Program-made: the position numbers and the translations under genes
The notes under the pieces: model-generated
Seen by the model: the letters and a program-made list of their open reading frames with translations, nothing else
What the model was told of the DNA's origin: nothing
The model's database searches: none
Shown: in pieces, positions 19,747-29,578 of the stretch
Numbering within the stretch: the stretch's first letter is position 1
Layout: each line of letters starts with the position of its first letter
Assembly: GCA_947629015.1 (NCBI GenBank)
Contig: CANRCB010000009.1
Coordinates: 8,087 to 72,086 of the forward strand
DNA: 64,000 nt
Origin: an uncultured Gemmiger sp.
Lineage (GTDB): Bacteria > Bacillota > Clostridia > Oscillospirales > Ruminococcaceae
Direction: 5' to 3'

Positions 19747-21119
19747 ACCGTATGGAAGACCAGGACCTCGTCATAGAGCCTGATCTCATCCCCGTCTTTG
19801 AGTTCCGCCGGCTGCAGGGGGAGCAGCGCCTGCCCGTTGAGGAACGTACCGTTGCGGGACTGGTTGTCACGGATCAGATAGCGCCCCTTTTCAAACAGGA
19901 AGGTGGCATGGCTGCGGGAGACTTTGTTGTTGTCATAGATGGCATAATGCAGCTGGCAGGCGGTGTTGTATTTGCCGACCAGGAACGGCGTTTCGGTGAT
20001 GGCGACCTTCTGCCCCTTGTGCAGGAACCAGGCGCCTGCCGACGCGCTTCCGCCGGCCGGCTGCGGCGGGAGCTCCGTGCCGGGATCCGGGGCCGGATCC
20101 GGGGCGGGCCGCGGTTCGTCGACAAAAATGCTGTGCTCCGGCCAGCCATCCTCCTCTGCGGGGCGGGGCGGCACCGGGGCTTTCTCCTTTTTGGGTTTGG
20201 GCGCCGGCGGGATCGGCGGCACGGTGGGCGGCACCGGGGCGGGCGCGGAGCCCGGCATGCCCGGTATGGGAAAGCCCGGGGCGGGCGCCTTTTCCTTTTT
20301 GTCATGCTTGCCAAACGGCAGGAACCCCTTGCCGCCGCCCGCTTTGGCCTTGTCTTTGGCTTTGTCTTTGGCCGGCGGCTGCGGGGCTTTGCCCGGCCCC
20401 CCGGGCACATCAAACGGCAGCGCCTTTTCGGGCGGGGCCGGCGGCAGGGGCGGCGCCTCGGGCAGCGTTTGCGCGCCCTCCGCCTTTTTGGGGGGCGGCG
20501 GCACGGCCGGCCCCGGCGCCGGGGCGCCCTGTGCGGCCGGGGGTTCCGGCGCGGGCGCGGCCTTCTCCTGCAAAAACTGGCGGTAGAAGGTCTCCAGGTC
20601 AAACAGCGTCGACCGGTAGACCCACATGAACATTTTGACAAATTCCGCATCGTCGTTGGCGGCAAAATAATTGCTGAGCAGGTCGCTGTAAAAATTTTTC
20701 AGCGGCTGGCTGCTTTGCGCGCCCTTCTGCCGGAGGGGCACGCAGGCCAGGTACGCGTGCAGGCCGTCCCCGACATAGATGTGCTCCGGGTCAAGGTAGC
20801 ACATATCGGCGGAAAGGAAATATTCCTGCAAATGCAGCAGCGCCGCGCTGAGGTTGCGCAGCAGCAAAAGGCTGTTCTGGCGCGCGGGGCGGTTCTGCCG
20901 CAGGTACTCATGCAGGGGGATCTTGCCGCCGATGTTGTAGCGCAGGCGGACGGTGCCGTCCACCGTCTGGTGGCGCATGGGCAGCAAGCCGGGGATGTTG
21001 TTGTTTTCCATCACCTTGCAGCAGTAGGGGATCAGCGTCTGCCCCTCCTGCAATTCGATGACAAGGATGTTCTGCGTTCCTTCCGTCCGGACCGAAACGC
21101 GGGGCGCAAACGGTTGCAT
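19743..21119 (-). CDS. DUF6382-like / Pro-rich linker / FHA domain protein
   Basis: N-terminal MENNNIPGLLP...LDPEHIYV domain; C-terminal FHA (VGK, VSRSHA, SRNGTFLNG). Confidence 0.82.
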   Translation of the reverse strand: MQPFAPRVSVRTEGTQNILVIELQEGQTLIPYCCKVMENNNIPGLLPMRHQTVDGTVRLRYNIGGKIPLHEYLRQNRPARQNSLLLLRNLSAALLHLQEYFLSADMCYLDPEHIYVGDGLHAYLACVPLRQKGAQSSQPLKNFYSDLLSNYFAANDDAEFVKMFMWVYRSTLFDLETFYRQFLQEKAAPAPEPPAAQGAPAPGPAVPPPPKKAEGAQTLPEAPPLPPAPPEKALPFDVPGGPGKAPQPPAKDKAKDKAKAGGGKGFLPFGKHDKKEKAPAPGFPIPGMPGSAPAPVPPTVPPIPPAPKPKKEKAPVPPRPAEEDGWPEHSIFVDEPRPAPDPAPDPGTELPPQPAGGSASAGAWFLHKGQKVAITETPFLVGKYNTACQLHYAIYDNNKVSRSHATFLFEKGRYLIRDNQSRNGTFLNGQALLPLQPAELKDGDEIRLYDEVLVFHTV

Positions 21120-21154
21120 GGCGAGCCCTCCATACGAAGATTTTGTAGCGGCGT

Positions 21155-22198
21155 TCAATCAAGCCGGTCCAGCAGGTCAAAACAGCTTTTCAAAAAGCCC
21201 GGGTTGCGTTCCAGCACATCGGCCACCGTCTGGCCCTCATACAAACTTTCGGACCAGGAGATCTTTGCGGCGATGCCCTCTTCGGCGCCCCGTTTTTTGC
21301 ATTTGTTGAGCACCGGCAAAACCACGCCCGGGATGGGCAGGTTTTTATAATAGACGTCCGCTTCCTCGCGTTTCAGGTGCTCACGCCCCACGGCGTCGTC
21401 GGTATAGATCTGCAATACATGGGTACTGTTTTCCAGCGCCCATTGGTTGAGCGGCTGCAGGCCCACCGGCAGATCGAGAAAAACGTATTCCAGGTCCGTC
21501 TTTTCCGCCAGCACCTGCAAAAGCGCCTTGACATCCTCCTCTGTAAGGGAGAGCAGATCCCCCGCGAAATGGAACGGCGGCAGCACCAGCACGTTGTCCC
21601 GGTTGCGCGCCATGGTGTCCAACACAACGGGCGCAAGGTCCCGCCCGCTCTTGAGCGCGAAAAGGATATCATCCATCGAGGTGGAAAACTCCTGTTGATA
21701 CAGCTGCGCAAAGGCCGGGAACGGCTCCAGATTGATGTACAGCGCCTGCTTGCCGCGCCGCGCGGCCGCGGCCGCCAGCGCATAGCTGAGCACGGTTTTC
21801 CCGCTGCCGCCCTGCACCGAAGCGGCCGCCACGATGCGCACGCCGCGGCCGCCGGCGCCGCCAAACAGGTGGCGGCCCGTCAGGGCCAGGGCGCTGTGGA
21901 TATCCGAGAGGATGGCCGGGCCGGATTGATAAATGTTGATCTGCATGGCCTCCGGGTCGGAAAAGACGGTCCGCTCCGCGACCAAAAGGCGGACGGCCTG
22001 GGGCTGCGGGACCTTTTCCAGAACCGGCCGTGAAGCCAATACCGCGTCCAGCCGCAGCGCCGTGGAGGCCAGATGTTCCACGGCCTTTTCCGGCGCGGTA
22101 AAACAGATGAACTCCATCGTATGGCAGTTGGCGCTGGCGTAGTTGCTGAACGCCTGCAAAAAGTAGGTGTCCTCACATTGTAAAAGCACACGGATCAT
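21155..22198 (-). CDS. TadZ/CpaE-like protein (atypical receiver plus ParA/MinD-type ATPase)
   Basis: Receiver-like N-terminus; deviant Walker A SVQGGSGKT lacking the signature Lys; YVFLD. Confidence 0.75.
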   Translation of the reverse strand: MIRVLLQCEDTYFLQAFSNYASANCHTMEFICFTAPEKAVEHLASTALRLDAVLASRPVLEKVPQPQAVRLLVAERTVFSDPEAMQINIYQSGPAILSDIHSALALTGRHLFGGAGGRGVRIVAAASVQGGSGKTVLSYALAAAAARRGKQALYINLEPFPAFAQLYQQEFSTSMDDILFALKSGRDLAPVVLDTMARNRDNVLVLPPFHFAGDLLSLTEEDVKALLQVLAEKTDLEYVFLDLPVGLQPLNQWALENSTHVLQIYTDDAVGREHLKREEADVYYKNLPIPGVVLPVLNKCKKRGAEEGIAAKISWSESLYEGQTVADVLERNPGFLKSCFDLLDRLD

Positions 22199-22305
22199 AG
22201 GCCCGGCCCCTTTCTGTGCAGCGGCGGGCGGGGCGCCAGGCGCCCTGCCGGCCGCAATGATGGTTTTTGCGCAAGCGCTGCGCCCGTGGGGCGCGGCCCC
22301 TGCCA

Positions 22306-22351
22306 CAACAAAACCGGCTGCCCTACCACAGGTTTGCGGCAGGGCAGCCGG
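22306..22351 (-). terminator. Intrinsic terminator between the surface-protein gene and the tadZ-like gene
   Basis: Minus strand ccggctgccctgccgc-aaacct-gtggtagggcagccgg then ttttgttg. Confidence 0.7.
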
Positions 22352-22421
22352 CCCCCGTACGGCTTTACCGCGGCCGCCGGGTCACAGTGGTCTCACCTTG
22401 CCCCGACCCACAAAAGGCGTG

Positions 22422-25400
22422 TTACCCGTTGCGGCTGCGCCGGCGCTTTTTCATGGCGCACAGCGCGATAAGGCCGATGCCGGAAGCCGTGAGCAGTACC
22501 CACAGCAGCCCGGGGTGGAACGCGTCGCCCGTTTTGGGCACGCCGCTCGCGGCGACAAAGCTCAGGGTGCCGTCGTTGTTCAGGCGCACCTTCAGCCGCA
22601 GGGAGCCGCCGTTCATCGCCGTGATGCTGTCGCCGGACACCGCGAAGGTGTTGCCCTGCACGAGCGTGAAGCCGCGGGAGGCCTGGGTCTGGCCTTTCCA
22701 GTTCTTCACATACAGGGTGTGGGCGCCGAACTCCACATTGTAGAAGGAGGCATACCCGCTGTTGTTGGTCTTGGCAGTCTGCGGGGTGGAATGCAGCTCG
22801 ATGCTCATGCCGGAGAGCGCGTTTTCATCGGCGTCCACCAGCTGCACCGACAAAGAGACCTGCGGTACGGCGGGCACCGCGGCGGAACCGTCCGCCGCGC
22901 CTGTGCCGGAACCGTCCGCCCCGCCTGTGCCGGAACCGGAAGGCGTGGTGGTGCCCGAACCGCCGCTTGTGGAGACGGTATCGAACCGGAAGTTCTGCGA
23001 GGTGCGTTTCAACTCGTTGACGGCCGTGCCCGTCGTCTGCGTGCCGCCCACACGGAATTCAGCGGCCAGGGTGTTGGCCTCGCCCTCCTTTGCCTTGTTG
23101 GCAAGGGTCTGGCTCTTGATGGTGATGCGGGTGCTGCCGCTCTCGGCGTCATAGTCAACGCCGCGCTCGAGTTTTTCGCCGTTGAACCAGAAGTCGATAA
23201 ATTCGCCGAACTGGCCCTCAGAGACGAACAACTCGTCGCCGGTGATGGCGGGCAGGTAATAGTCGCCCACTTCGCCGCCGCTGACCATTTCACCGACGGA
23301 TTCCTTCAGGGCATAGCCGGCGTCGGAGGCGTTGAAGACGTTCTGGTTGGTGTTCTCGTTGATGACCAGCTCAAACGAAACTTCGTTGTCCGCAAAAATA
23401 TCCATGCCGTAATGTACGGCCACGGAGATCGGGAATGTACCGCTCTCCTGCGGGACGCCGTAAATTTCGCCGGTGCCCTCGCTGAAGGTCAGGCCCTTGG
23501 GCAGACGGCCGGAAAGGGTAAAGGTCTGGGGGTTTTCCTGCAGCCAGGGGTTATCGGTCATGATGACTTGGGAATAGGGCACATACTTGACGCCCTCGGC
23601 CAAGGAGGTGTTTTGGATGGTGGGGTCCTTGGAGATGCCGCTCAGCTCGATGGAAACGGGTTCCTGCCCGTCGGCCGTGATGGTCAGCGTGCCGTCGATG
23701 GCGCCGGCGGTATCGCCCACCGGCAGGATGCGGATGACGGCCAGGCCGTCGGCCATGTCGACGCCATAAGGATGATCCTCGCCGTCCAGCGTCTCGGTGC
23801 TGAAGCCGTTCAGGGTGTTGTTGCCCTCGCCGCCGACGGTCCAGTAGTCATCCAGTTGGATGTTGCCGGAGCGGGCGTCCAGCGTGACGTTGAGGTTTTC
23901 CAGCGGCGCATCGCCAAGGTTGGCGATGAGGATGTTGTGCTGGTTGCCCAGTTTGTTGACCAGATACAGCTCCCGCTTGTTGTCCGCCGGGCCGTTGACG
24001 AACAGCTTGGCGCCGCCGGTGGTTTTTTTCACAAAGGTTAACCAATAGTTCTGTTGCGATACGCTATTCGCCGTGACCGTGTATTGCACCGGCTTGCCGG
24101 ACGAGAAATCCACCACGGATTCGCCGGAGACCTGCTCAACGCTTTGGCCGTCGACCAGTCGGGTGACCTTGCTTTCCTCGGGGGACGCATAGAAAGCCGG
24201 CACCAAGGCGGACATATCCACCTCGGGATCTTCTATTAACCGTGTGAGGTAGCCGTTGTAGGCATAGCTGTCAATGTCGGTACGACTCCTACTTGAAACC
24301 AGCGCTTGACTCGGGACATAGGCGGGTCTCGGGGAATCCGGGTCGGGAGCTCTGACACTATCCACGGTAAGCGAAACATTAACTTTGGGAGGAGGGGTCG
24401 GCTCCGGGGAAGACTCCGGCCCCGGGGAAGGCTCCGGCTCTGAGGAAGGCTTTGACACCCTGGTTACCGAAATATGCGGCCTGAGGAACTCAGTTGGGGC
24501 GGTTTTATGCTGGATCAAAATGTTGTAGGTTTTTGTTCCACTATTATGGAGGGGATACCCTGCACTGAGATCAAGAACGCTCGCTGTAATATCCGTTCCG
24601 TGGGCCTGTATATACTCTTCTGTTCTTTCAAATTCGCTAGCAAAATATGTGCTGTCATCAATCACATAAACGGCTTTGATATCGTCACTCTGCTCCAGCA
24701 CCATGGCAGGTGTTTCGGTCGAATCGCTCTCAACCGTCAGATAACAGTCCAGCCAACTAGAGACGACGAGGGAGATCATGCTTTTGGAGACATCGTCACT
24801 GTCGATAGGCAACCGCCAATTGACGCTACTTGCACTTGCGTATGGATTAGAATAATCGGCATTTATAAATTGGAGTCCATTGTACACCCTTGACGTTGAG
24901 GGATATACACAGCAGACCAAGCCCTGCAGGCCCAGTACCTCGGTACCGGCATTGTTCAGGTAGGCCAGCAGGATGACATCATCTTTGGTCGGCGCCCGGC
25001 CGGTGACGGCCGCCATTCCATTATTGGAGGAAACCTCCGTCCAAAGGTCCGTGGCATTGACGCCGTTCTGGGCATAGTCGTCGACGCGGAACGCCTTCAC
25101 TTGCACATCGGTATCGCCCCGCGAATACCGGCCGGCCATCGTGGAGGAAAGGGTGACGGTGTACGAGGCCGTCGCGTCATACTCCGGGACATAAAAACTT
25201 TCCTGATAGATGGAGACGGGGGGCAGTGCCTCGCTGATGATGTAGCGCGGCGCTTTCTCGATATCAATAAACGTACCCACTTTATCAACGGCCAAGTCGC
25301 TCAACCCGGTTGCCACGTCGGGCTGGTAGCTTGATCTGACCCACAAGCCGTTTTGTTTGAGCGAGTAGGAGATTCTTTCGTCAGTAGCTTCGCATATGTT

Positions 25401-26204
25401 GACGATATAGCGTACGGCATTATAGTCCAGCTGTTTGCCGCTGCCGACCAGAAAGACAATGTTATAATCGCTTCTGTAATAGGAAGCCGATGTCGTTCCG
25501 TCAGAATTGACAGAGATATAGGTACTCTGGTTCAAATCAATGGTGGCGCTTCGGTCGAGGATAAGCGCGAACTCGCCCGTCGGATTTGCATCCTTTTTCA
25601 AACCCCAGACGACGGTCTTGTCCGCCGGGATCTCGACCTTGTTGCCGTCCTTGTCCACAAGCATGCCAAGGATGGTATCGATGCTCATGGCGCTGAGCTC
25701 TTCGGAGGTGAGGCTCGTCACATACAGATACACGTCCTCCACGACCGGCACCGGCAGCAGCGAGGTATATTCCGGGTTGGAAAAGACATCGTCCGCAAGG
25801 GGATCCGCCGCGGGCTCGGCCGCCGGCTCCTCGGCCGGCTCGGCCGTCGGTTCTTCGGTCGGTTCAACCGTCGGCTCAACTGTCGGCTCGGCCGTCGGCT
25901 CCGTGGCCGGCTCGGCCGCCGGTTCCGTTGGCACCGGGGCGGCCTCGGGGGCCGTCGCCGTTTCCGGCTCCGCCGGGGCCGGCTCTTCCTCCGTGGCCTG
26001 CGCGCCAACGCTCTCGGCGCCGGGCACCTCTTCCGTTTCCGGGGCTTCCGGCGCGGGGGCAAGGGCCGCCCCGCCAACTTCTTCCGCGACCGGGGCATCC
26101 CCCGGCACCACGGTCTGCGCGTAGGCGGCGGTGCCCGGCGCGGCCAGCAGCGCGGCCGCCATTGCCATGGCAAGCATCAGCGACAGGCCTTTTTTGCATT
26201 TCAT
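22422..26204 (-). CDS. Large sortase-anchored surface protein (Pro/Glu/Thr stalk, Ig-like domains)
   Basis: Signal peptide, EPAA/EPTV repeats, Ig-like LPKGLTFSEGTGEIYGVP, C-terminal VPKTG plus TM plus KKRRR tail. Confidence 0.82.
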   Translation of the reverse strand: MKCKKGLSLMLAMAMAAALLAAPGTAAYAQTVVPGDAPVAEEVGGAALAPAPEAPETEEVPGAESVGAQATEEEPAPAEPETATAPEAAPVPTEPAAEPATEPTAEPTVEPTVEPTEEPTAEPAEEPAAEPAADPLADDVFSNPEYTSLLPVPVVEDVYLYVTSLTSEELSAMSIDTILGMLVDKDGNKVEIPADKTVVWGLKKDANPTGEFALILDRSATIDLNQSTYISVNSDGTTSASYYRSDYNIVFLVGSGKQLDYNAVRYIVNICEATDERISYSLKQNGLWVRSSYQPDVATGLSDLAVDKVGTFIDIEKAPRYIISEALPPVSIYQESFYVPEYDATASYTVTLSSTMAGRYSRGDTDVQVKAFRVDDYAQNGVNATDLWTEVSSNNGMAAVTGRAPTKDDVILLAYLNNAGTEVLGLQGLVCCVYPSTSRVYNGLQFINADYSNPYASASSVNWRLPIDSDDVSKSMISLVVSSWLDCYLTVESDSTETPAMVLEQSDDIKAVYVIDDSTYFASEFERTEEYIQAHGTDITASVLDLSAGYPLHNSGTKTYNILIQHKTAPTEFLRPHISVTRVSKPSSEPEPSPGPESSPEPTPPPKVNVSLTVDSVRAPDPDSPRPAYVPSQALVSSRSRTDIDSYAYNGYLTRLIEDPEVDMSALVPAFYASPEESKVTRLVDGQSVEQVSGESVVDFSSGKPVQYTVTANSVSQQNYWLTFVKKTTGGAKLFVNGPADNKRELYLVNKLGNQHNILIANLGDAPLENLNVTLDARSGNIQLDDYWTVGGEGNNTLNGFSTETLDGEDHPYGVDMADGLAVIRILPVGDTAGAIDGTLTITADGQEPVSIELSGISKDPTIQNTSLAEGVKYVPYSQVIMTDNPWLQENPQTFTLSGRLPKGLTFSEGTGEIYGVPQESGTFPISVAVHYGMDIFADNEVSFELVINENTNQNVFNASDAGYALKESVGEMVSGGEVGDYYLPAITGDELFVSEGQFGEFIDFWFNGEKLERGVDYDAESGSTRITIKSQTLANKAKEGEANTLAAEFRVGGTQTTGTAVNELKRTSQNFRFDTVSTSGGSGTTTPSGSGTGGADGSGTGAADGSAAVPAVPQVSLSVQLVDADENALSGMSIELHSTPQTAKTNNSGYASFYNVEFGAHTLYVKNWKGQTQASRGFTLVQGNTFAVSGDSITAMNGGSLRLKVRLNNDGTLSFVAASGVPKTGDAFHPGLLWVLLTASGIGLIALCAMKKRRRSRNG

Positions 26205-29107
26205 CTTGTCATTCCTCCAGTCAAATGGGTGTGAGACAGGGTTCGCAGGGAATCTATATCGTAAATGCGGGATTGGCGCACATTACCACTGGGATAGTCA
26301 AAAACCAGCGTTTGGCCGGCCACATCGCACAGGCAGGGCAGATCGGCCAAAACCTCGCAGCGCTCGTTGAGCAGCTGCCCGTAATACGCCCCTTCGGTGG
26401 TGACGTATTGCGTTACGATGTACGGCCCGGCTTCGCTCACATAAGTAAGGTAGGCATCTTCGGCCAGGTCGGCCACCTTGCGGCCGCTGCCCGCCCTGTA
26501 CACGGCCGGCGTGCCGTGCAGCGGGGATTCGATGCGCAGGTCCTTGACGAAAAACTCCTCATACAGGCTTTTGTCCGGCGGGTCGATGGTGCGGGTGTCC
26601 AGCAGGGTGCCGTCGGCGGCGCTGTAACACTCGACCGTGCCGTCGTACCAGGTCACCTCCAGCCAGGAATCGCCGCCCTGGCGGCGGAACTGCTGGTCAT
26701 AGATGCGCCCGCTGTCAGGCAGGGCCTTCTCGGCGGCCACCGCGCCGACCATATCATAGATGCGGAACCCCGAAACGCTGAACTGCATCACGGTCTTGCC
26801 GTCCGCGCTCAGGCGCGTCTCGTCATGGGGGTACGCGGCCGGGTCATAGGTGAAAACTTCGCTCTCGGGGTGGTTTTCGTACCGGAACAGGCGGAGCACC
26901 GGCTCCTCCCGGTTGCCGGCGAGCGCCACGCCGTTTGCCAGCGCCAAAAGCCGGGCGGGGTATTCCTGCGCAAAGGCGGCGATCTGCGCGGCCTGCGCGT
27001 TGTAGATCTCGACCCCCTCGTCGGTGGCGATCAAGGTCTGGGCCTGCGCGCGCGCGCACGCGCGGATGGCTTTGGGCGTGGTCACGAGCGGCGTCTGTCC
27101 GCCGGTGACGGGGTCCACGCGGACAAGGATATTGCCGCTCTGCACATAAATGCCGCTCTCGTCCGCCTGTACGCCGAACGCCGCCGTATCCTCAAAGCCG
27201 CCGGTCTGTTCCATCGTGGCGGTATCCACCGCCGCAAAAACCGACTGCGCGGCATTGCTGGCCGAAAAGGCAAAGTATCGGCCGCTGAACCCGCCCTCAA
27301 AATGGGTAAAGCCGGAATCCGCGTCATAGATCACCGCGCCGGCGTCGGGCTCCGCCAGGTTGAACAGCTCGAGCGAACCGTCCGCAAAGCTGGCGGCCAG
27401 CAGCGTGCCGTCCGCCGAAAGGGCGAACAGGTCGTCGTGCGGGTCCATGAAGATATCGTTGAAAGCCACCCGCTGGCAGCGCTGCCCAAAATCGACGGTG
27501 TGCTCGACCGTGCCGTCGGCCGTGGCGTAGACCGTTGCGCGCGTCTCGTCCCGGTACAGGGCGGCGGCATGGCGGCCGTCGGCGGAAAGGGCGATGGCCG
27601 TGGCGGGCGCCCCCGTCCACAGGATTTTGCCGGCCGCGATGTCATACGCCTGCAAACCCTCCGCGCCGGAAAACAGCAGCACGTCCGCGTTGAGATACCG
27701 CACCCCGGCCAGGGCAGAACCGTCGGCGGGCAGCGTGGCCAGGATGTGGCCGTCGGCGGTATCGGCAACGGCCAGCGCCCCGGAATACAGGCAGGCGGCC
27801 GTGGCCCCGTTTGGCGCCAGCGCCAGCGCCAGCGGCGCCGACGGCAGCTCGACCGTGCCCTGCAATTTATACCCGTCCGCCAGGTCGTAAACGGCAAGGG
27901 CATCCGTCAGCGCCTTTTGCGCCTGGGCGGTCAGCGGCGGCGTGAGCGGGCCCGTCTGCGCGGGCAGGGCCTCCAGCGCGGTGGCGATGGCGGCTTCGCG
28001 GTCCCCCGCCTGCAAAGCGTTGGCGGAATATTCCGCCAGCTTGAGCCATTCCTCGGTGGTCTGCATCCGTTTCAGCCCGACGAAAGCGCTTGCCGCGCCC
28101 AGTGCGAACAGCCCGCCGCACACCACGCCGGCGATGCGGCGCTGCCGTTTGAGGCGCTTTGTGCGGGGGTCGTTCTCCCACAGATGCTCCAGCGCATCCA
28201 GCATCTCGGCGGCGGTCTGGTAGCGGCGGTCGGGGTTGGGCTGCATCGCCTTGGCGATGATGGCAACGACCTGCGGGCTGAACTGGCTGTCCGGCAGCCG
28301 GTCGACCTCTTTGGCATTGGCGGCCGGCCGCCGGCCGCTGAGCAGGTGATAGAGCGTGGCGCCCACGCTGTAGATGTCGGAGCGCACGTCCGGCGTGACG
28401 ACCTTGACCCGCGAGGAGGCCGTGCCGGTCTGCGGCGCGGTGCCGGGCACGGTGCCCGTGCCGCCGCCAGGCGGCGGGGCCGGCGCCGTGATATCGGGGG
28501 AAGGCACATACACCGTCTCGGCCGGGGCGGCGACGGTCACGGTATCTTCGTTCTCCGTATAGTCCAGCCCGTAATGCTCCGGCGAGGCATACCCGGCGCT
28601 GCGGCCGATGACGTTGGCCTCGCCCAAGGCGAGCGCGATGTTAAAATCGATCAGCACAACGTCGTTTTGCGGCGTGCGCATCAGGTTGGCGGGTTTGATG
28701 TCGCTGTGGGTGTAGCCGCGCGGCGGGTCGCCGTGGGTGGGGCTGTGCAGATAATCGAGCGCCTGCAGCAGTTCCCTGGCCCATTTGATGACCGTCGCCT
28801 GCGGGAAGGTCTCGCCGCGGCGCAGCGGCCGGTCCAGGCTTTCCCCCTCGATATAGTCCATTGCTGTATAGACGATGCCGTCTTCAGCAAAAAAGTCGTA
28901 GACTTGCGGTATATACGGGTGGTGGAGGTTTTTGAGCACGTCCACTTCCCGGCGCAGCAGTTCCGGGCGCGTGGTGATCTTGCGCTTGTCGGCTTTCAGG
29001 ATGACCTTTTTGCCCAAACGCAGATGCTCGGCAAGCCAGACCGTACCGCCGCCGCCGCCGCCGATCTTCCCGATCACCCGATAGGTATCCGCAATGATCT
29101 GTTCCAT
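26201..29107 (-). CDS. Membrane Ser/Thr protein kinase with extracellular beta-propeller-like domain
   Basis: IGGGGGGTVW, VILK, HSDIKPAN, LIDFN, YASPE, DIYSVG; TM; repeated ALSADG blades. Confidence 0.9.
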   Translation of the reverse strand: MEQIIADTYRVIGKIGGGGGGTVWLAEHLRLGKKVILKADKRKITTRPELLRREVDVLKNLHHPYIPQVYDFFAEDGIVYTAMDYIEGESLDRPLRRGETFPQATVIKWARELLQALDYLHSPTHGDPPRGYTHSDIKPANLMRTPQNDVVLIDFNIALALGEANVIGRSAGYASPEHYGLDYTENEDTVTVAAPAETVYVPSPDITAPAPPPGGGTGTVPGTAPQTGTASSRVKVVTPDVRSDIYSVGATLYHLLSGRRPAANAKEVDRLPDSQFSPQVVAIIAKAMQPNPDRRYQTAAEMLDALEHLWENDPRTKRLKRQRRIAGVVCGGLFALGAASAFVGLKRMQTTEEWLKLAEYSANALQAGDREAAIATALEALPAQTGPLTPPLTAQAQKALTDALAVYDLADGYKLQGTVELPSAPLALALAPNGATAACLYSGALAVADTADGHILATLPADGSALAGVRYLNADVLLFSGAEGLQAYDIAAGKILWTGAPATAIALSADGRHAAALYRDETRATVYATADGTVEHTVDFGQRCQRVAFNDIFMDPHDDLFALSADGTLLAASFADGSLELFNLAEPDAGAVIYDADSGFTHFEGGFSGRYFAFSASNAAQSVFAAVDTATMEQTGGFEDTAAFGVQADESGIYVQSGNILVRVDPVTGGQTPLVTTPKAIRACARAQAQTLIATDEGVEIYNAQAAQIAAFAQEYPARLLALANGVALAGNREEPVLRLFRYENHPESEVFTYDPAAYPHDETRLSADGKTVMQFSVSGFRIYDMVGAVAAEKALPDSGRIYDQQFRRQGGDSWLEVTWYDGTVECYSAADGTLLDTRTIDPPDKSLYEEFFVKDLRIESPLHGTPAVYRAGSGRKVADLAEDAYLTYVSEAGPYIVTQYVTTEGAYYGQLLNERCEVLADLPCLCDVAGQTLVFDYPSGNVRQSRIYDIDSLRTLSHTHLTGGMTR

Positions 29108-29150
29108 CCCGCTCTTCCCCTGTGTTGGTCCGTTTTGGCGCAAAGGCGGC

Positions 29151-29309
29151 TCAGAGCTTTTTGGGGCCGTATTCCGCTGTCAAAACCGTTTCCAGCCTGG
29201 CGGCCTTGATCTTTGCCGTTACCAGGCAAAACAGGAACGCCGCGCAGGCCAGGGCCGCCAAAAGGAGCCCCGCGTAAAACAGGATCTCGCTTACCGAAAA
29301 CGGCTGCAT
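29151..29309 (-). CDS. Small single-pass membrane protein (52 aa), first gene of the locus
   Basis: RBS ggaaagggg before ATG 29309; MQPFSVSEILFYAGLLLAAL...EYGPKKL. Confidence 0.6.
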   Translation of the reverse strand: MQPFSVSEILFYAGLLLAALACAAFLFCLVTAKIKAARLETVLTAEYGPKKL

Positions 29310-29390
29310 GGCCCGCCCCTTTCCGCAAAAGTGCCGCAGAAGATACAAACCGGCGATGTCGCAAAACGTCGCGCCTTCCGCGCAGATCAT

Positions 29391-29578
29391 CACATAAGAT
29401 GGATTCTGTGGTAAGAACCATTCCTTTTTGTCCAGATTTTGCCTGCGCGCGAAAAAATTTCGTCGCAAAAGGATTGCAAAAGCCTGTCGCTTCTTGTATA
29501 ATGATTCCAATTGGAGAGGAAAGCCCCCGGTTGCGGGGGCTTTCGGGGCCGCGGTTACCACAGAATCCATCTTATGTG
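29391..29578. promoter_or_regulatory. Candidate invertible promoter segment (188 bp) bounded by 24-bp inverted repeats
   Basis: cacataagatggattctgtggtaa (29391-29414) and its exact reverse complement (29555-29578); internal TTGCAA-17-TATAAT (29474-29502) on the + strand; tyrosine recombinase adjacent. Confidence 0.85.

Noticed and set aside
22200-22421. c-di-GMP riboswitch controlling the tad genes
   Set aside because: Neither class I (GGCAAA...GAAA...GCAAA) nor class II consensus is recognisable
25800-25930. 12-bp tandem repeats as CRISPR or DGR repeat
   Set aside because: They encode the EPAA/EPTV stalk of the surface protein; no spacers, cas genes or reverse transcriptase in the window
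29151-29570. 139-aa ORF spanning the invertible segment
   Set aside because: Upstream part crosses the promoter and repeats; a good RBS supports the start at 29309
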